64,000 bases of DNA, taken from Eubacteriales bacterium (GTDB taxonomy: Bacteria; Bacillota; Clostridia; Oscillospirales; JAAYXM01). The position numbers and the translations under genes are program-made. Location: NCBI GenBank assembly GCA_045546975.1, contig JAZQDV010000010.1:333121-397120 (forward strand), given 5' to 3'. Below are positions 20,561 through 30,082 of this stretch, one piece after another. Every line of letters begins with the position of its first letter. Positions within the stretch are counted from its first letter, which is position 1. Under the pieces are notes generated by a model that was not told where the DNA came from, ran no database searches, and was given only the letters and a program-made list of their open reading frames with translations.

Positions 20561-21442
20561 ATGAGTGAAATTAAAACAGGACGAATTTTGAAGGGTATAG
20601 GCGGCTTTTATTACGTTGATACCGGTAACGGCACAGTAACCTGCCGTGCACGCGGAAAGCTCAGAAAACTCGGTGAGATTCCGTATGTGGGTGACAATGT
20701 AAATATAAGCGTTCAGCCAGACGGCAGCGGATATATTCTCGAGATAACGAAGCGGAAAAATGTTATGATAAGGCCGCCGATTGCAAATATCGATATGATT
20801 GCGATTATCGCATCAAAGGCACCGCCTTGTACTGATACGTATTTTATTGACCGTATAGCGGCAATGGCACAGAAGAAAAACATTGAGGTTTGCATAGTCA
20901 TAAATAAGTCAGACGAAAACCCGGCAGATGAGCTTTTTGATATTTATAACAACACTTTAGCCAAAGTGTTTCGCCTTAGCGCAAAGAGTGGAGAAGGTGT
21001 TGCAGAGTTCAAGACACATCTTGCGGGAAAACTTACAGCACTTACGGGAAATTCCGGTGTTGGCAAGTCTACACTCATAAATGCAATTTTGCCGTCCGCA
21101 GAACTTTTGACAGGTGACATAAATGAAAAAATAGGAAGAGGGCGGCATACGACCAGACAGGTTGAAATCCTCAAGGTTGCAGAAAATACATGGATTGCTG
21201 ATACCCCTGGTTTTTCTGCTTTTGATATCGGTGTTGATGAGATAACACAGGAAAATCTCGCGGAACTTTTTCCTGAGTTTCTCGAGTTTCGCGCTCAATG
21301 TCAGTTTATCGGATGCTCTCACATAAAAGATTCCGGCTGTGCGATTATTGATGCGGTAAATAGCGGCAAGATAGAAAAAAGCAGATATGAAAGCTACAAG
21401 AAAATGTACGAGGACCTGGAGTCTGTTTCAAAATACAAATAA
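20561..21442 (+). CDS. rsgA: ribosome small-subunit-dependent GTPase A
   Basis: Circularly permuted GTPase: NKSD precedes GNSGVGKST. C-terminal zinc knuckle CQFIGCSHIKDSGC. Confidence 0.95.
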   Translation: MSEIKTGRILKGIGGFYYVDTGNGTVTCRARGKLRKLGEIPYVGDNVNISVQPDGSGYILEITKRKNVMIRPPIANIDMIAIIASKAPPCTDTYFIDRIAAMAQKKNIEVCIVINKSDENPADELFDIYNNTLAKVFRLSAKSGEGVAEFKTHLAGKLTALTGNSGVGKSTLINAILPSAELLTGDINEKIGRGRHTTRQVEILKVAENTWIADTPGFSAFDIGVDEITQENLAELFPEFLEFRAQCQFIGCSHIKDSGCAIIDAVNSGKIEKSRYESYKKMYEDLESVSKYK

Positions 21443-21460
21443 GCTATGGAGTTGTAACCT

Positions 21461-22009
21461 ATGAACCCAGGAAACAAAAGAAGAATAATAAAATATGCTT
21501 GGAGCCTTATTGTTGATCAGTTTCTTGCTGTATTTGCAGGGACAATTATCGTAAATATTGTACTCTTTTTTATACGCGGAGATTCGTCACTTCTGCGACT
21601 TTTGACAGGTGGCTTTGTTTTTGCGGCAATTTGCTATATTGATACTTGGGGGAAGGGTTCTGAGGACTATAACAACGCACGGGCAGGTATAATCAAAAAC
21701 AATGCCTTTAGCGGTTTTCTTTTTGGTTTTGTTGCAATAATCCCGTCTCTTCTCATTGCTCTTTTTGCTTTTCTTGCAGAAACGGGGATAGTGTCATTTT
21801 ATCAGGTGCTCGGAGAAGATGTTTTCACAATGATAAACCGTTTTTGGCAACTGCCGTTATCACCACTGTTTGTCTTTGTTAACGAGTATCCAATACTTAA
21901 TTTTGTGATACCGTTTTTTGTTCCGGTTATATCAGGTTTAGGCTATGCTCTTGGCTTTCGCGGAATTATGATAAAAAAGATTCTTCTTTTTAAGAACGGC
22001 TCAAAATAA
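21461..22009 (+). CDS. hypothetical polytopic membrane protein
   Basis: 182 aa with 4-5 predicted hydrophobic helices. No motif I recognise. Confidence 0.45.
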   Translation: MNPGNKRRIIKYAWSLIVDQFLAVFAGTIIVNIVLFFIRGDSSLLRLLTGGFVFAAICYIDTWGKGSEDYNNARAGIIKNNAFSGFLFGFVAIIPSLLIALFAFLAETGIVSFYQVLGEDVFTMINRFWQLPLSPLFVFVNEYPILNFVIPFFVPVISGLGYALGFRGIMIKKILLFKNGSK

Positions 22010-22045
22010 ACATATAAAAAGAATCACCCCATAGAATATATAGGG

Positions 22046-22753
22046 GTGATTTTGTTGAAAAGTAAAAACTCTTTTGATGTTTTGGCCGTTTGTTTGTTTT
22101 CTGTCTTGTTGATTTTTAGCTTTATTTCTTCAAAGGAAGGTCCGGCAATAAGCACTTTTTCAGAGAATACAATAAAAACTATTATTATTGACGCAGGCCA
22201 CGGTGGAGAAGATGGAGGTGCAGTCTCCGAAAACGGGATATTGGAAAAAGAAGTAAATCTTAAGATTTCGCAGAAACTCGAACACATTCTGAATCTTTTT
22301 GGAGTAAATACCGAGATGATAAGGCGTGATGATTCCTCTCTCGGAGAAAATTCAAGTGAGCTTATACGAAACAGAAAGGTGAAAGATATACGACGTCGTG
22401 TCGAGATTATAAATAATACTCCGGACGCGCTTCTTATCAGCATACATCAGAATTCGTTCCCGCAAGAAAATTGCAAAGGTGCTCAGGTCTTTTATTCGGA
22501 AAGAAACGAAGAGAGTAAAGTTATCGCAGAATTTCTGCAGGAAGAGCTTAGAAATGTACTCAATAAGAATAATTTAAGAAAAGCAAAAACTGATTCTTCA
22601 ATATACATACTCAATAATGTAAACTGTCCCGCAATACTCATCGAATGCGGTTTTTTAACAAATAAAGAAGAAGAAAAGCTTCTTGCTTCTGAAGGTTATC
22701 AGAAAAAAATAGCTGCATGTATGACGGGAGCAATAATAAAAAATTTATACTGA
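22046..22753 (+). CDS. cwlD: N-acetylmuramoyl-L-alanine amidase, CwlD-like (spore cortex)
   Basis: N-terminal TM helix plus the Amidase_3 motif IIIDAGHGGEDGGA, and ILIECGFLTN. Size ~235 aa is typical of CwlD. Confidence 0.75.
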   Translation: MILLKSKNSFDVLAVCLFSVLLIFSFISSKEGPAISTFSENTIKTIIIDAGHGGEDGGAVSENGILEKEVNLKISQKLEHILNLFGVNTEMIRRDDSSLGENSSELIRNRKVKDIRRRVEIINNTPDALLISIHQNSFPQENCKGAQVFYSERNEESKVIAEFLQEELRNVLNKNNLRKAKTDSSIYILNNVNCPAILIECGFLTNKEEEKLLASEGYQKKIAACMTGAIIKNLY

Positions 22754-22759
22754 AGTGAA

Positions 22760-24124
22760 GTGAGTGAAATGAAACAAAAGACAGTCTATGTATGCGCCGA
22801 ATGTGGAAACGAAACAGCAAAGTGGAATGGAAAATGTCCTGCCTGCGGTGCGTGGAACACGCTCGAAGAGGTAACGGTATCCTCAAAAGCATCAGGCAAA
22901 GAACGTGCTGTTAAGGAAAGACAGGGAGCGCTTTCCAGAATAACGGAAATAGACGTTACGGATGAACTTCGTTTTGATACTGGGATGGAGGAGCTCAACC
23001 GTGTTCTTGGCGGCGGCGCAGTAAGCGGTTCGCTTGTCCTCGTCGGCGGTGAACCCGGAATAGGCAAGTCTACAATTCTTCTTCAGATATGTGCAAGTCT
23101 GTGCGCTAAATCAAAAGTGCTTTACATTTCGGGTGAGGAATCTCCGCGCCAGCTTAAGCTTCGCGCAGAACGACTTTCCGTGAATGACGAAAATCTCTAT
23201 GTATATGCAGGCACTGATATGGATGATATTGTTTCGACAACAGAAAGGCTGTCTCCTGAGATAATGATTGTCGACTCGATTCAGACTATATATAAGAGTG
23301 ATTTGCCTTCAACACCGGGAAGTGTTTCCCAGGTAAGAGAGTGCACAATGACTCTTATGGAGCTTGCCAAGGGTAAAAATATAACCGTTTTTGTTGTAGG
23401 TCACGTCAATAAGGATGGTTATATTGCAGGCCCTAAGGTACTTGAACATATGGTTGACTGCGTACTTTACTTTGAGGGCGATAAGAATATTTCATACAGG
23501 ATTCTGCGCGCAGCAAAGAACAGATTTGGTTCAACAAACGAAATCGGCGTTTTTGAAATGTGCGACAAGGGATTAAAGGAAGTCAAAAATCCGTCTGCCG
23601 CGCTTCTTGACGGACGCCCGACGGAAGTACCAGGAACGTGTGTTGCATGTGTTATGGAGGGAACGAGGCCTATCCTTGCCGAAATTCAGGCACTTGTAAC
23701 CTGTACAGCATACGGTACAGCACGCCGTATGAGCTCGGGTCTTGACTATAACCGCTCGGCACTTCTTTTGGCTGTTCTTGAGAAGAGGGCGGGATTCAAA
23801 ATTGGGAACTACGATGCTTACATAAATGTTATCGGAGGACTTAAAATTGACGAAACCTCGTCAGATTTACCTACGCTCCTTGCCGTAGCTTCAGCGTGCA
23901 GGGACAGAGCTTTGCCATCTGACCTTGCAGCTTTTGGCGAAATAGGTCTTACGGGTGAAATTCGTTCGGTTTCTTCACCGCAGCAGAGACTTAACGAAAT
24001 TAAGCGTCTCGGTTTCAAAAAATGTATCATGCCAAAACAAAATGCAAAGGATGTTGAGGTGCCTGAGGGTCTTGATGTTCTGTTTGCAAAAAATCTCAAA
24101 GAGGCAATCAGCGTATTTTTATAA
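22760..24124 (+). CDS. radA: DNA repair protein RadA/Sms
   Basis: N-terminal zinc finger CAECGNETAKWNGKCPACGAW, Walker A GGEPGIGKST, KNRFG motif and Lon-like C-terminal domain. Confidence 0.95.
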   Translation: MSEMKQKTVYVCAECGNETAKWNGKCPACGAWNTLEEVTVSSKASGKERAVKERQGALSRITEIDVTDELRFDTGMEELNRVLGGGAVSGSLVLVGGEPGIGKSTILLQICASLCAKSKVLYISGEESPRQLKLRAERLSVNDENLYVYAGTDMDDIVSTTERLSPEIMIVDSIQTIYKSDLPSTPGSVSQVRECTMTLMELAKGKNITVFVVGHVNKDGYIAGPKVLEHMVDCVLYFEGDKNISYRILRAAKNRFGSTNEIGVFEMCDKGLKEVKNPSAALLDGRPTEVPGTCVACVMEGTRPILAEIQALVTCTAYGTARRMSSGLDYNRSALLLAVLEKRAGFKIGNYDAYINVIGGLKIDETSSDLPTLLAVASACRDRALPSDLAAFGEIGLTGEIRSVSSPQQRLNEIKRLGFKKCIMPKQNAKDVEVPEGLDVLFAKNLKEAISVFL

Positions 24125-24154
24125 GTTTTAAGGTAACAATTTCATTAAAATTAC

Positions 24155-24191
24155 AATATCCCGATTGACTTTACTGCTCAATCGGGATATT
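24155..24191 (+). terminator. 14-bp hairpin after radA (terminator-like, no U-tract)
   Basis: aatatcccgattga / 9-nt loop / tcaatcgggatatt. Followed by atatatg rather than a T-run, so its function is uncertain. Confidence 0.4.
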
Positions 24192-24241
24192 ATATATGTA
24201 GAGTGGATTTTTATACACATATTTATTTTGGAGGACATTTT

Positions 24242-24679
24242 ATGAGCAGAAAAGCTGCAAGAGAAGTAGCGGTACATATCGTTTATGACTATGGTTTTGG
24301 GAACGAAATAGGTACCGAGTCATTGGAGAGATTTTTGAGTGACGAATTTGCAGATAGCATCTCTGCGGATACTGATATATATTCACAGGTTGGCAAGGAA
24401 CAGCACGCTTATATAACGGGTATTGTCAACGGTATTTCCGAGAAACGCGACGAGATTGACGACCTTATTAAAAAGTATTCTGTCGGTTGGAATTTGAACA
24501 GAATTTCCCGCATCGCGATGGCGATTATGAGGGTCGCGGTTTATGAAACTAAATGCGTAGAGGATGTTTCTGAAAAAATTGCAATCAATGAAGCTATTGA
24601 GATTGCAAAAAAATACGATACAACCGAGACGGCTTCGTTTATTAATGGAATTCTCGGAAGTATCGCAAGAGAAGGATAG
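24242..24679 (+). CDS. nusB: transcription antitermination factor NusB
   Basis: MSRKAAREVAVHIVY... and C-terminal FINGILGSI are typical of NusB. Start moved to ATG 24242. Confidence 0.9.
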   Translation: MSRKAAREVAVHIVYDYGFGNEIGTESLERFLSDEFADSISADTDIYSQVGKEQHAYITGIVNGISEKRDEIDDLIKKYSVGWNLNRISRIAMAIMRVAVYETKCVEDVSEKIAINEAIEIAKKYDTTETASFINGILGSIAREG

Positions 24680-24687
24680 GAAAGCTT

Positions 24688-25875
24688 ATGGCTCACATTT
24701 GCACGATAAGCGAACTGAATGAGCATATCAAATCAATGTTTGACGCAAACCCCAATCTTAACGGAGTTTATGTCAAGGGTGAGATTTCAAACTATAAGTT
24801 TCACTCATCAGGTCATCATTACATGACGCTTAAGGACGAGTCTTCGGTTATTCGCGCTGTTATGTTCAAGTATGATGCAGCAAAGCTTCAATTTCGACCT
24901 GAAAGTGGAATGAAAGTTATTGTAAAGGGAAGAGTCAGCGTTTTTCCGCGAGACGGTCAGTATCAGCTATACATTACTGATATGATTCCCGATGGCGTTG
25001 GAGCTCTTTACGTTGCATTTGAACAGCTCAAGAAAAAACTCATGGCGGAAGGATTGTTTGATGAAGCTAAAAAGAAACGCCTTCCGACATATCCGAAAAA
25101 GATTGCGTTAGTTACATCGCCGACGGGTGCGGCTGTCCGTGATATGTTGCGGATATTGAAGGCGAGGTTTCCTGTCTCGGATGTGGTTGTTTGTCCTGTT
25201 CTTGTTCAGGGACCTGATGCACCGCAGGATATAGCAGATATGATCTCCTATATAAATCTTCATTCGCTTGCGGATCTCATAATTACAGGTCGTGGTGGCG
25301 GCTCCATCGAAGATTTGTGGGGGTTTAACGACGAACGTGTAGCGCGTGCTATATACGCCTCAGAAATACCTGTTATTTCCGCGGTAGGACACGAACCTGA
25401 TGTCACGATTTCTGACTTTGTTGCGGACATTAGGGCAGCAACACCGTCAAATGCGGCGGAGATAGCTGTTCCGGATATAATCTCCATAAAACGAGGACTG
25501 AAAGACACAGAACTTCGAATATATTCCGCTCTTACATCGAAACTTTCTTTCTACAAGGAAATGCTCAAAAACGTCTCACAGAAAAAAGTAATGATGAGTC
25601 CTGAAAACTATTTTCAGGAAAGAAGAATGAATCTCGTTTTTCTCTCGGAAAAGCTTTCAAACAACGCAGAACGGATAGTTTCAAAATCGAGAGAAAGGTT
25701 TGCAAAATACGTATCATCCCTTGATGCGATGAGTCCTCTCAAGGTTTTATCGCGTGGATATGCAATTGCGACAAACGAAAGCGGTAAAATAATCAAGAAG
25801 ATAACAGACGTTTCCTCGGGTGAAAAACTTGGGATTCGTTTGGAGGACGGAAGCATCGACTGTACCGTTAATTAA
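24688..25875 (+). CDS. xseA: exodeoxyribonuclease VII large subunit
   Basis: N-terminal OB fold (VYVKGEISNYKFHSSGHHYMTLKD), then GRGGGSIEDLW. Confidence 0.95.
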   Translation: MAHICTISELNEHIKSMFDANPNLNGVYVKGEISNYKFHSSGHHYMTLKDESSVIRAVMFKYDAAKLQFRPESGMKVIVKGRVSVFPRDGQYQLYITDMIPDGVGALYVAFEQLKKKLMAEGLFDEAKKKRLPTYPKKIALVTSPTGAAVRDMLRILKARFPVSDVVVCPVLVQGPDAPQDIADMISYINLHSLADLIITGRGGGSIEDLWGFNDERVARAIYASEIPVISAVGHEPDVTISDFVADIRAATPSNAAEIAVPDIISIKRGLKDTELRIYSALTSKLSFYKEMLKNVSQKKVMMSPENYFQERRMNLVFLSEKLSNNAERIVSKSRERFAKYVSSLDAMSPLKVLSRGYAIATNESGKIIKKITDVSSGEKLGIRLEDGSIDCTVN

Positions 25876-25887
25876 AGGAGTTTAACT

Positions 25888-26118
25888 ATGGCTGAGAAAA
25901 TGAATTTTGAAAAATCAATAAGCAGGCTCGAGGAGGTCGTCAAGCTTTTAGAACGTGGAGACGCTCCGCTTGATGATGCCCTGGCTCTTTTTGAAGAGGG
26001 GACAACTCTCGTCAAAACCTGCTCTAAGATGCTTGATGAGGCAGAACAGAAGGTAACGCTTCTTTCAAAGGGTGAAAAACCGAAAGAAGTTCTATTTGAT
26101 GCGGAGGAGGAAAAATGA
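25888..26118 (+). CDS. xseB: exodeoxyribonuclease VII small subunit
   Basis: 76 aa. FEKSISRLEEVVKLLERGDAPLDDALALFEEG. Confidence 0.9.
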   Translation: MAEKMNFEKSISRLEEVVKLLERGDAPLDDALALFEEGTTLVKTCSKMLDEAEQKVTLLSKGEKPKEVLFDAEEEK

Positions 26119-26993
26119 CACACGCAGAGTATTTTTCTAATTATCAGAAAGAAGTAGATACAGCTCTTCTCAATGCGATTCCGGAATCAAACTGTCTCTA
26201 CGGGAAAATTTTTGAAGCTATGCGCTATAGTTTGAATGCAGGAGGAAAGAGGATTCGTCCGATTCTTTTGCTTGAATTTGCAAAACTTTTCGGGGTTGGT
26301 ATGGAAGATGCAATGCCTTTTGCTGTAGCTCTTGAAATGATACACACATATTCGCTTATTCATGACGATCTTCCGTGTATGGATGACGATGATTTAAGAC
26401 GCGGCCGCCCGACAAACCACAAAATGTTCGGGGAGGCAACTGCAGTTCTTGCGGGTGATGCGCTCTTGAATTATGCTTTTGAGCATATTCTCAAGAAGTC
26501 AAAACTCAGTGCAGAAACTACATTATCCGCGCTCCGTTACCTTTCTGTTTCTTCGGGCGCGGACGGTATGATAGGTGGACAGATAATCGATATGGAAGGG
26601 GAGAAACGCACCTTGAATATCGATGAAATAAAAGTCCTTCAAAGCCTCAAAACCGGCGCGCTTATTCGTGCGGCAACGGTTATTGGCTGTATTCTCGGCG
26701 GCGCAGATAAAAGCAGCGTTGATGCCGCGACTCTTTACGCTGAGAAGCTCGGTCTTGCTTTCCAGATCAAAGATGACATACTCAATGTAGAAGGCAGCGC
26801 TGAGATAATGGGTAAGGACGTGGGAAATGACGAAAAGAGTGGTAAATCCACCTTTGTAAAGCTTCTCGGACTCCCCAAATGCAAGGAAATGGTAGAATCT
26901 CTTACAGAAGAGGCGATTTTGGCAGTTAAAACGCTTCCTTCTGCTGATTTTATCGTGTGGCTTGCAAACGAGCTCGTAACTCGTGAAAAATAG
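26115..26993 (+). CDS. ispA: (2E,6E)-farnesyl diphosphate synthase / polyprenyl synthetase
   Basis: First DDxxD region IHDDLPCMDDDDLRRG and second region FQIKDDILN. Confidence 0.9.
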   Translation: MTHAEYFSNYQKEVDTALLNAIPESNCLYGKIFEAMRYSLNAGGKRIRPILLLEFAKLFGVGMEDAMPFAVALEMIHTYSLIHDDLPCMDDDDLRRGRPTNHKMFGEATAVLAGDALLNYAFEHILKKSKLSAETTLSALRYLSVSSGADGMIGGQIIDMEGEKRTLNIDEIKVLQSLKTGALIRAATVIGCILGGADKSSVDAATLYAEKLGLAFQIKDDILNVEGSAEIMGKDVGNDEKSGKSTFVKLLGLPKCKEMVESLTEEAILAVKTLPSADFIVWLANELVTREK

Positions 26994-27005
26994 TTAGTAT
27001 ATATT

Positions 27006-27610
27006 ATGGGTGCAGTATCCTAGTCAGATCTGTTAATTCCCAGGACGGGCCTAAAAATCCGTAGAAGGGCATATCGATGAAGTCCCTTGTGCTTGCTTCT
27101 CTCGCCCAGATTGGGGTGAGTGCTGGGGGTTAAGGCTTTAGGGCGGAATACAATGGCATGTATTCTTAACCCTATTGCCGTGGAGACCCGATTATGTGCA
27201 TACGCCTATACACTCTCGAAGATGATGGAATGTGTACGTACCGGGGTTAAACCTGTATTGCGGTGCTTGGCATAAGCCTTGTGCTGTGTGCAGAGTAGCC
27301 TGCCTTGAGTGGTTTGCGGCGAATGGAAGAAATTAAGGCTTATGAGTTTTGGCCAAAACAAGTTTGCCGATCGCTTCCTGAAACCCCTGCTGCAAAAGAG
27401 GCTAAGAATTAACGTGACTGTTATGGAAATCATCTAGGCTGTCGTGCAGTTGAAGATTTGCAGTGCGGACTAAGTGGTGATCCGGTGCCGCTCCGGGCAA
27501 CAGAGCGGTGCGAGATTCAAAGGGAAACCGCCCTTATTGGCGACAAGGGGTATTTCGTATGGAAAACAAACCGGACCTAAGCCGTAAGATTACCTTCAAC
27601 TGCTACCCAT
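27006..27610 (+). ncRNA. ole: OLE (ornate, large, extremophilic) RNA candidate
   Basis: ~600 nt gap without a credible ORF in a tightly packed operon. The ends pair (27006-27016 atgggtgcagt with 27599-27610 actgctacccat, one bulge). Internal helices include 27127-27134/27165-27172 (gggttaag/cttaaccc), 27146-27152/27159-27165, 27487-27493/27503-27509 and 27520-27524/27531-27535. It lies exactly between ispA and a small 4-TM protein + dxs, the published ole-oapA context. Not verified with a covariance model. Confidence 0.7.
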
Positions 27611-27634
27611 ATTATTTTGGAGGTTGTATACCGA

Positions 27635-28210
27635 ATGGATAACTCGGAGACAAGAAAAGAAACACGAAAAGAAAAAGCAAGAAATACCAAGACATCTACC
27701 GTATCGTGGTCACTAAAGATACTTTTTGCAAGCTTTGTTCTTTCTGTATTTTTCAATGCCATGTCAGAAACAGCGCTTCCCAAGGTTAATGTTCCGACTG
27801 CTTTTTTGATACTTTTCCTTTTTATCCTTCTCGGTATTGTTTTTGATATATTTGGTGTAGCCACGACAACTGCAACGGAAAAGACTTTCCACGCAATGGC
27901 GGCAAAGCGTGTTCCTGCGGCAAAACAAGCTCTCTGGCTTGTGAAAAATGCAGAAAAGGTATCGAGCTTCTGTAATGATGTAGTTGGTGATATTTGCGGA
28001 ATTATGAGTGGATCCACAGCAACGATTATTATTGCGACTTTGCCACTTGAAAAGACCGCAGATTTTGTTATATCTCTTGCTATAGGCGGACTTGTTGCAG
28101 GTATTACGGTAGGAGGCAAGGCTTTCGGCAAGGGCTTTGCAATGTCGCATAATAACAAAATTGTGTTTTTTATGGCACGTGTTATAAGATTTTTTTCTAA
28201 AGAAAGATAA
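27635..28210 (+). CDS. oapA: OLE-associated membrane protein OapA candidate
   Basis: ~191 aa (197 from the TTG at 27617) with a basic N-terminus and about four hydrophobic helices. Immediately downstream of the structured RNA and upstream of dxs. SD ggagg at 27619-27623. Confidence 0.6.
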   Translation: MDNSETRKETRKEKARNTKTSTVSWSLKILFASFVLSVFFNAMSETALPKVNVPTAFLILFLFILLGIVFDIFGVATTTATEKTFHAMAAKRVPAAKQALWLVKNAEKVSSFCNDVVGDICGIMSGSTATIIIATLPLEKTADFVISLAIGGLVAGITVGGKAFGKGFAMSHNNKIVFFMARVIRFFSKER

Positions 28211-28231
28211 ATTCTTTGTGAGGGTAATGAA

Positions 28232-30082
28232 ATGAACTTGTTATCAGAGATAAATAGCCCTGAGGACATTAAAAGACTTTCCGTCAATGAACTTAGAGAG
28301 CTTGCAACTGAAATACGCGAGTTTTTAATTGAAAATGTTTCTCAAACGGGTGGACATCTTGCCTCAAATCTCGGAATAGTTGAAATAACCCTTGCTCTTC
28401 ACAAGGTTTTTGATACAAGTAAGGACAGACTCGTTTTCGATGTGGGTCATCAGTCGTATGTACATAAAATACTGACAGGAAGAAAAAACGAGTTTAGCAA
28501 TTTGAGAAAATTCGGAGGTATTTCAGGATTTTCAAAGCCGAGTGAAAGTATTCACGACGCGGCAATTTCAGGACATGCCTCGAATTCTGTTTCATTGGCT
28601 CTTGGTATGGCAAGAGCCAGAACGCTTGCAGGAAAAGACTTTTCAGTTATTTCAGTTATTGGAGACGGAGCGCTGAGCGGCGGACTTGCATATGAAGGAC
28701 TAAACGATGCAGGGCACAGTAAAGAGCCGATGATTGTTATATTGAATGACAATGAGATGTCCATAACAAAAAACGTCGGTGCGATGACAAATTATCTCTC
28801 AAAAATTCGCCTTAAGAAAAAATATCTCAGATTTAAGGGCGTTTACAGAAGAATAATCAAAAAGTCAAAGTTCGGAATCGCGATTGATAACGGTATACAC
28901 GGAATCAAGAATGCATTCAAAAATATGTTTTTGCCGTCATCTTTCTTTGAGGATATGGGGTTTACTTACCTTGGTCCTGCGGACGGTCACGACATAAAGT
29001 ATATGATATATCTTTTTGAGCTTGCGCGCGACCTTAACAGACCTGTTGTCATTCATCTTACTACAACAAAAGGTAAGGGTTATAAGCTTTCTGAGGCTAA
29101 CCCTGAAAACTACCACGGAGTAGGTAAATTTGATGCTACAAAAGGAATAGATGATACCACAAAGAAAGAAACATTCTCATCTGTGTTTGGTCAAGAGCTT
29201 GTAAAGCTCGCGGCAGAAAATGAGAAAATTTGCGCAATAACCGCAGCTATGACATCCGGAGTCGGCCTTTCCGAGTTTTCCGAAAAATACCCGGAAAGAT
29301 TCTTTGATGTTGCTATTGCGGAAGGACACGCAGTTACAATGTCAGCAGGGCTTTCTTCACAGGGAATGATACCTGTATGTGCCGTTTATTCAACTTTTTT
29401 GCAGAGAGCATACGATATGCTTGTTCACGATGTTGCAATTTCAAAGCAACACGTAGTTTTTGCTGTTGACCGCGCAGGTTTGGTTGGCGAGGACGGAGAA
29501 ACCCATCACGGTGTATTTGATATAGCGTTTTTGTCAAGTATTCCCGGATTTGAGATTCTTGCACCGTCAAGCTTCAGCGAGCTTCGCGAGATGCTTGGAT
29601 ATGCTGTATCGGAGTCCGGTCCGATTGCAATACGATATCCAAGAGGTGCAGAAGGGGACTATACTGATAATTCATTTAAGAATAAAGAAAAAAGCACGCT
29701 TCTGCGTGAGGGTACGGATGTAACACTTGTTTCGTACGGAACACTTATAAATAACGCAATTCTTGCGACGGAGAAAGCCAATTCGCTGGGAATATCGTGT
29801 GAGCTTATTAAATTAAACTCACTAAAACCCATTGATAAAGAAGCAATAATCAAATCAGCGCAGAAGACGGGGAAGGTCGTCGTGATTGAAGATGTCACGG
29901 AAAACGGCTCTGTATCGCAAATGATATCAAAGTGCCTTGGTGAGGAAAAAACGTTGTGTGAAGTTGTTTCACTTAACAGCTCAGATTCCTTCACAACGCA
30001 CGGAAACATCGGAGAACTTCATAATCTGATTGGGATATCTCCGGATAGAATAGTTAATGCATTATTGGAGGACAGACAGTGA
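28232..30082 (+). CDS. dxs: 1-deoxy-D-xylulose-5-phosphate synthase
   Basis: N-terminus LLSEINSPEDIKRLSVNELRELATEIREFLI..VSQTGGHLASNLG, and the TPP motif GDGALSGG...NDN. Confidence 0.95.
   Translation: MNLLSEINSPEDIKRLSVNELRELATEIREFLIENVSQTGGHLASNLGIVEITLALHKVFDTSKDRLVFDVGHQSYVHKILTGRKNEFSNLRKFGGISGFSKPSESIHDAAISGHASNSVSLALGMARARTLAGKDFSVISVIGDGALSGGLAYEGLNDAGHSKEPMIVILNDNEMSITKNVGAMTNYLSKIRLKKKYLRFKGVYRRIIKKSKFGIAIDNGIHGIKNAFKNMFLPSSFFEDMGFTYLGPADGHDIKYMIYLFELARDLNRPVVIHLTTTKGKGYKLSEANPENYHGVGKFDATKGIDDTTKKETFSSVFGQELVKLAAENEKICAITAAMTSGVGLSEFSEKYPERFFDVAIAEGHAVTMSAGLSSQGMIPVCAVYSTFLQRAYDMLVHDVAISKQHVVFAVDRAGLVGEDGETHHGVFDIAFLSSIPGFEILAPSSFSELREMLGYAVSESGPIAIRYPRGAEGDYTDNSFKNKEKSTLLREGTDVTLVSYGTLINNAILATEKANSLGISCELIKLNSLKPIDKEAIIKSAQKTGKVVVIEDVTENGSVSQMISKCLGEEKTLCEVVSLNSSDSFTTHGNIGELHNLIGISPDRIVNALLEDRQ

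Noticed and set aside
27206-27433. 75-aa minus-strand ORF inside the ispA-dxs gap
   Set aside because: It has no ribosome-binding site. It lies in a helix-dense region better explained as the OLE-type RNA on the plus strand.
27577-28287. 236-aa minus-strand ORF
   Set aside because: It is antisense to the oapA-like gene and to the operon direction. The plus-strand product has a clean 4-TM architecture and fits the synteny.
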